NCBI GenBank assembly: GCA_964016885.1
Contig: OZ024743.1
Coordinates: 218,116,001-218,180,000, forward strand
DNA length: 64,000 nucleotides
Direction: 5' to 3'
Source: Eledone cirrhosa
Lineage: Eukaryota
A model generated the notes under the pieces. It made no database searches. It was not told where the DNA came from and saw only the letters and a list, made by a program, of their open reading frames with translations. A program made the position numbers and the translations under genes. Every line of letters starts with the position of its first letter. Within the stretch, counting starts at the first letter, position 1. Below are positions 58,901 to 64,000 of the stretch, piece by piece.

Positions 58901-59112
58901 ATATATATATATTAATAAAAGGAATTCCAACTTTGTCTGATTTATTCGTTTTATTTACAATCCTTTAAAATTATAATGATATTATAATGAAATAGTATGG
59001 TAGAATATTAAATGTTAAGTGTTAATTGAACAAGTACTTTCATGCTTTCGCAATCTTCAGGTTCACATTCAGTGGTGACAGTCAAGTTTGCAATTTTCAT
59101 ATATACATATAA

Positions 59113-59159
<47 letters not shown>

Positions 59160-59639
59160 TACATACACACACACACGTATAAATATATATATACAAACAT
59201 ATATATATATATACATAAATACATATACACACACGCATACACACACGCACGCACACACACACATACACACATATATATATATGTGTGTGTTGTGTGTGTG
59301 TGTATCCCTTACAACAAGGATGTGCTACTCTTTGGAGCCGACCTAGTTAACCTAACTATATATATAATATACATAGATGTGTATGAATGTGTATGTGCGT
59401 GTGTGTGTGCATGCGTAAAGAATTGTGGCGCGTGCATGTGTGTTTGATCTTGTGTTTGACTATAGACTTATGGGGATACTTATACAAGTTGTAAATGTAT
59501 AATTGTTCATGACGTTTGTTTGTTTATCTATTTTTCAAGTCTTGTAGACGGACATAACAAAAGCTATTGAATCTAAGAGAAGTATATATAAACAAAATGA
59601 ACCATCACAGATTATTAGTATTGATTAGATTACACTCTC

Positions 59640-59675
59640 TAGCTCTCTCATCCTCATTCTCTCTCTATCTATATA

Positions 59676-59730
<55 letters not shown>

Positions 59731-59768
59731 TTCACTCGCTCACCCTCATTCTCTCTCTATCTCTCTCT

Positions 59769-59804
<36 letters not shown>

Positions 59805-59894
59805 TACACATACACACACACATACACGCACGCACACACACACACATACATTCACTCGCTCACCCTCATTCTCTCTCTATCTATCTCTCTCTCT

Positions 59895-59928
<34 letters not shown>

Positions 59929-59969
59929 TATACATTCACTCGCTCACCCTCATTCTCTCTCTATCTATA

Positions 59970-60006
<37 letters not shown>

Positions 60007-60017
60007 TACACACACAC

Positions 60018-60056
<39 letters not shown>

Positions 60057-60091
60057 TTCACTCGCTCACCCTCATTCTCTCTCTATCTATA

Positions 60092-60154
<63 letters not shown>

Positions 60155-60321
60155 TACATTCACTCGCTCACCCTCATTCTCTCTCTACCTATCTCTCTCT
60201 CTCTCTCTCTCTCTTATACACACACACACACACATACACACACACACGCACACACACACACACGCACACACACGCACACACATACATTCACTCTCTCACC
60301 CTCATTCTCTCTCTATCTATA

Positions 60322-60362
<41 letters not shown>

Positions 60363-60428
60363 CGCGCGCGCGCACACGCACACACACATACATTCACTCT
60401 CTCACCCTCATTCTCTCTCTATCTATAT

Positions 60429-60479
<51 letters not shown>

Positions 60480-61075
60480 TCACACACACGCGCACACATA
60501 CATTCACTCTCTCACCATCATTCTCTCTCTATCTCTCTCTCTCACACACACACACACACATACACACGCACACACATACGCACACACGTAGACGCACACA
60601 CATACATTCACTCTCTCACCCTCATTCTCTCTCTATCTCTCTCACACACACACACACACACACATACACACACATACACGCACACACATACATTCACTCT
60701 CTCACCCTCATTCTCTCTCTCTCTCTCTTACACACGCACACAGACACACATACACATACACACGCACACACGCGCACACATACATTCACTCTCTCACCCT
60801 CATTCTCTCTCTATCTCTCTCTCACACACACACACATACACACTCACACACAGACGCACACACAGACGCACACACATACATTCACTCTCTCACGCTCATT
60901 TTCTCTCTCTCTCTCACACTCACACACGCACACACATACATACACACACACACGCACACACGTACATTCATTCTCTCACCCTCATTCTCTCTCTATCTAT
61001 ATATCTCTCTCTAACACACACATACATTCACTCTCTCACGCTCTCTCTCTCATTTTCACTCACACACACACACAC

Positions 61076-61124
<49 letters not shown>

Positions 61125-61232
61125 CACACACTCACTCTCTCCCTCCTCTCTCTCTCTCTTTCTTTGTCACTCACGCACACATGCACATATATTCTCTTTC
61201 TCACACACTCTTTCTCTCTCACACACACGCAC

Positions 61233-61270
<38 letters not shown>

Positions 61271-61417
61271 ATACACACACACACACACACATATTCTCTT
61301 TCTCACACACTCGTTCTCTCTCAAACACACACTCTCTCTCTCTCTCTCTCTGTTACACACACACACACACACACACACATATTCTCTTTCTCACACACTC
61401 ATTCTCTCTCAAACACA

Positions 61418-61456
<39 letters not shown>

Positions 61457-61580
61457 ACTCACACACACATGCAAACACAAACACATATATATTCTCTTTC
61501 TCACACAATATTTCTCTCTCAGACCATCTTTCTCTCTCTCACTCTCTCCCTCTCTATCTCTCTCTCACACTCTCTCTCCC
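59640..61580. repeat. Compound CA/CT higher-order minisatellite
   Basis: A unit of (CA)n-CATACATTCACTC(G/T)CTCACCCTCATT-(CT)n recurs more than 10 times, then a second unit ATATTCTCTTTCTCACAC recurs four times. Confidence 0.92.
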
Positions 61581-62309
61581 TCCCTCTTTTTGCTAATCGA
61601 TAACAAATAGTAACAGTATTATTGAAAGGAACTATTGCAGTAACAACCACAACACCATCAATATCAACATAACGTTCTAGACCACAATGATCAGCATAGA
61701 CAACAATATGAACCGTCAGCAAAATGTTTCAATCAAGTAGAAAAGAGAGGGGGATGTTATAGAATCTAAGCTTTTATATTTTTTTGTAGCTCTATTTTTA
61801 TTTTTGTTATGAAGACACTTTCTCTTCACTAATTCTTTATCTTACTCTGTCCTTTACAACTATAATTCAAACATAACAACATATATGTTGTTATGTTTGA
61901 ACATAACAACATATATGTACACACGTACATATATGTTGGTACAGAGTTCAATTCACTATGCGGTTTCTCTCTAGCCACTTTTCGCCATCTATAAAAATAT
62001 TTTACCCGATTTTCTAAGTTTACAGTTATTTTCTGCGTTAGAGATTTTCTACATTTTCAAGGAATATATAAAGGAAAAATTAACGACTCTTGAAACAGTG
62101 CTGTCTGGTATTCACGACTGCTACAGACCCTCTGTGACCTGTTCTGATGGAAAAATAGAAAAAATAATTTATTCGTTACGAAAGAATATTCTTTCTTTGA
62201 TACAAAGGTTACCAATATATTTATTGTATAAATAGATAGTATATGCTTTCATATACACACCTATTATGCTTAAACGCTCTCTTAGTTCTTAGTACTTCTG
62301 CCAATACAT

Positions 62310-62441
<132 letters not shown>

Positions 62442-62824
62442 GGTTATTTGCATGTATATATTATATATTTATATACATACATACATACATAAGCATACAC
62501 AGGTCATTGACAGCTGGAAATAAGATAGACCTAAGGCCAGATGTGAAATGCTGGCCCCATTACAAGTGTTCAATTAATCAGTGCTAAATATATTTTAATG
62601 TTGATCAAATCTAAATAAACTGTACATGATCTTCTGACAAGCAACGGTAAATAAAACAAGCGCTCGAACCTAAAATGTGTAGACTCCTCAAAACCGCAAG
62701 CCTAAGCCAACTAGCACAACTATTTCATCCCTTTCGTAGCTGACATTCTGGCATGCTAGAATTCCCTAACTCTCACTACAATTTAATTTGCGAAGAGCGC
62801 ATACATGTGATTTAGAAGCGCTAT

Positions 62825-63020
62825 AATTGTTTCTACTTTTAGCACAAGGCCAGCAATTACCCCCAGTGCATTATTCTATCGACCCTGTAAGGATGAAAAG
62901 CAAAGTTAATCTCGGCAGGATTTGAACTCAGAACGTAAAGGACCACAACTCCATGCTGCAAAGCTGACGCTCCACCGATACTGTCTGACGCTCCACCGAT
63001 ACTGCCAATCCACCGCCCTA
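62825..63020 (-). mobile_element. Dominant tRNA SINE copy with an internal duplication
   Basis: Matches the family consensus; CTGACGCTCCACCGATACTG is duplicated in tandem. Confidence 0.85.
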
Positions 63021-64000
63021 CATGAAGTGCTATAATTGAAAAATAATTCATTCACTAAACATACTTTACTTGACTTGGCGACTAAACATACTGTATTTGA
63101 CTTGGCGACTAAAAGCCATGTGCACTATCGAAGATTGGATCTTTTAGTACATCTGATTATTTTCACACAAAATAAGATAAATGAAATTAAAAATAATTGT
63201 TTCTGAAAATCTATTAAGGATCTCTTTCCCTAATATTTCACTCAAATCAGAAATTTCTTATCATCCAAAATTATTCCTTAGTTTGCAATAATACTTAGTA
63301 ATTAACAACAAATATAAACTAGTAGAGTTTAGCAGTTAAGTGTAAACGAAATTTAATTAAGATATTGGATTTAGTTTATACCAGGGCTTGCCAACATTTT
63401 TTTGTATCATCGCCCACTTTCAGATGGAATATTTTTATACCAATAAATATTCAAAAGCATACCAAAACTGTTTGGTAAAAGTTTGTTACTGGTTTATTAT
63501 TTCCATTTAACCTCTTTTTTTTTTTGTCTGTTTTTGTTATACAGGTTCTTTGCATATCTCAATTGAATAATTTTTCGGGTAGTGTATGTTGAAATACCTT
63601 CTTAATACTCAAAATCCTATATCTTCCACTAAAGTTTCCAATTTTCTGTTCAGTTGCCCATCGACCACACAAAAGTTGATATCGTCCACCAGCGGGCAAT
63701 ATCGCCCAGAGAGGAAAATTCGGGTATATTCGATTGAAATATCATTATATAAAGTGTTTACATGCGACAAAACTTGCAATAACGCATGAAATATATGAAT
63801 ATTTATTATTCATTGCTCAACACACAAACGTATTGATTGATTTCCTGTTAAATTTCAAAAAAATCTTATAGCAGAACTGTAGCCCGAGGTCCCGAACGCA
63901 CCAACAGGTTGAGCCACATTGATATCTCGTTTAAGGGCTGTTGTCATATTTCTTTTCCTTCAGATTTTACAAATGTAACAAATACATATAACAACTCTTT

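Noticed and set aside
59567-61603. 678-aa His/Thr/Leu/Ser ORF
   Set aside because: It lies almost entirely in CA/CT satellite, where stops are compositionally rare, and it has no domain signature.

Overview
AT-rich, microsatellite-dense eukaryotic DNA, intergenic or intronic. The SINE family and repeat landscape suggest an octopus or other coleoid genome (inference). No host protein-coding gene can be called with confidence, and most ORF-track entries ([12 protein letters not shown]) are microsatellite artefacts. The window is a mosaic of mobile elements: a decayed Tx1/L1-group LINE (ORF1 zinc knuckle plus APE endonuclease) and four more Tx1 3' ends; a young 5'-truncated R4/Dong-type RLE LINE and an old decayed one; RTE and CR1-like relics; a complete 2,045-bp non-autonomous LTR element with apparently identical 366-bp LTRs, a tRNA-Trp PBS and a 4-bp TSD; mariner, hAT and Helitron non-autonomous elements; and about 20 tRNA-derived SINEs. 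Two patterns stand out. (1) At least eight minimal type I hammerhead ribozyme motifs from about four sequence families lie in short Penelope-like units, often with fold-back arms and next to (TA)n. (2) Retroelement classes appear sorted by microsatellite: Tx1 in (GATA)n, R4 in (CATA)n, hammerhead units in (TA)n. All calls come from reading the sequence by eye; no database searches were run.
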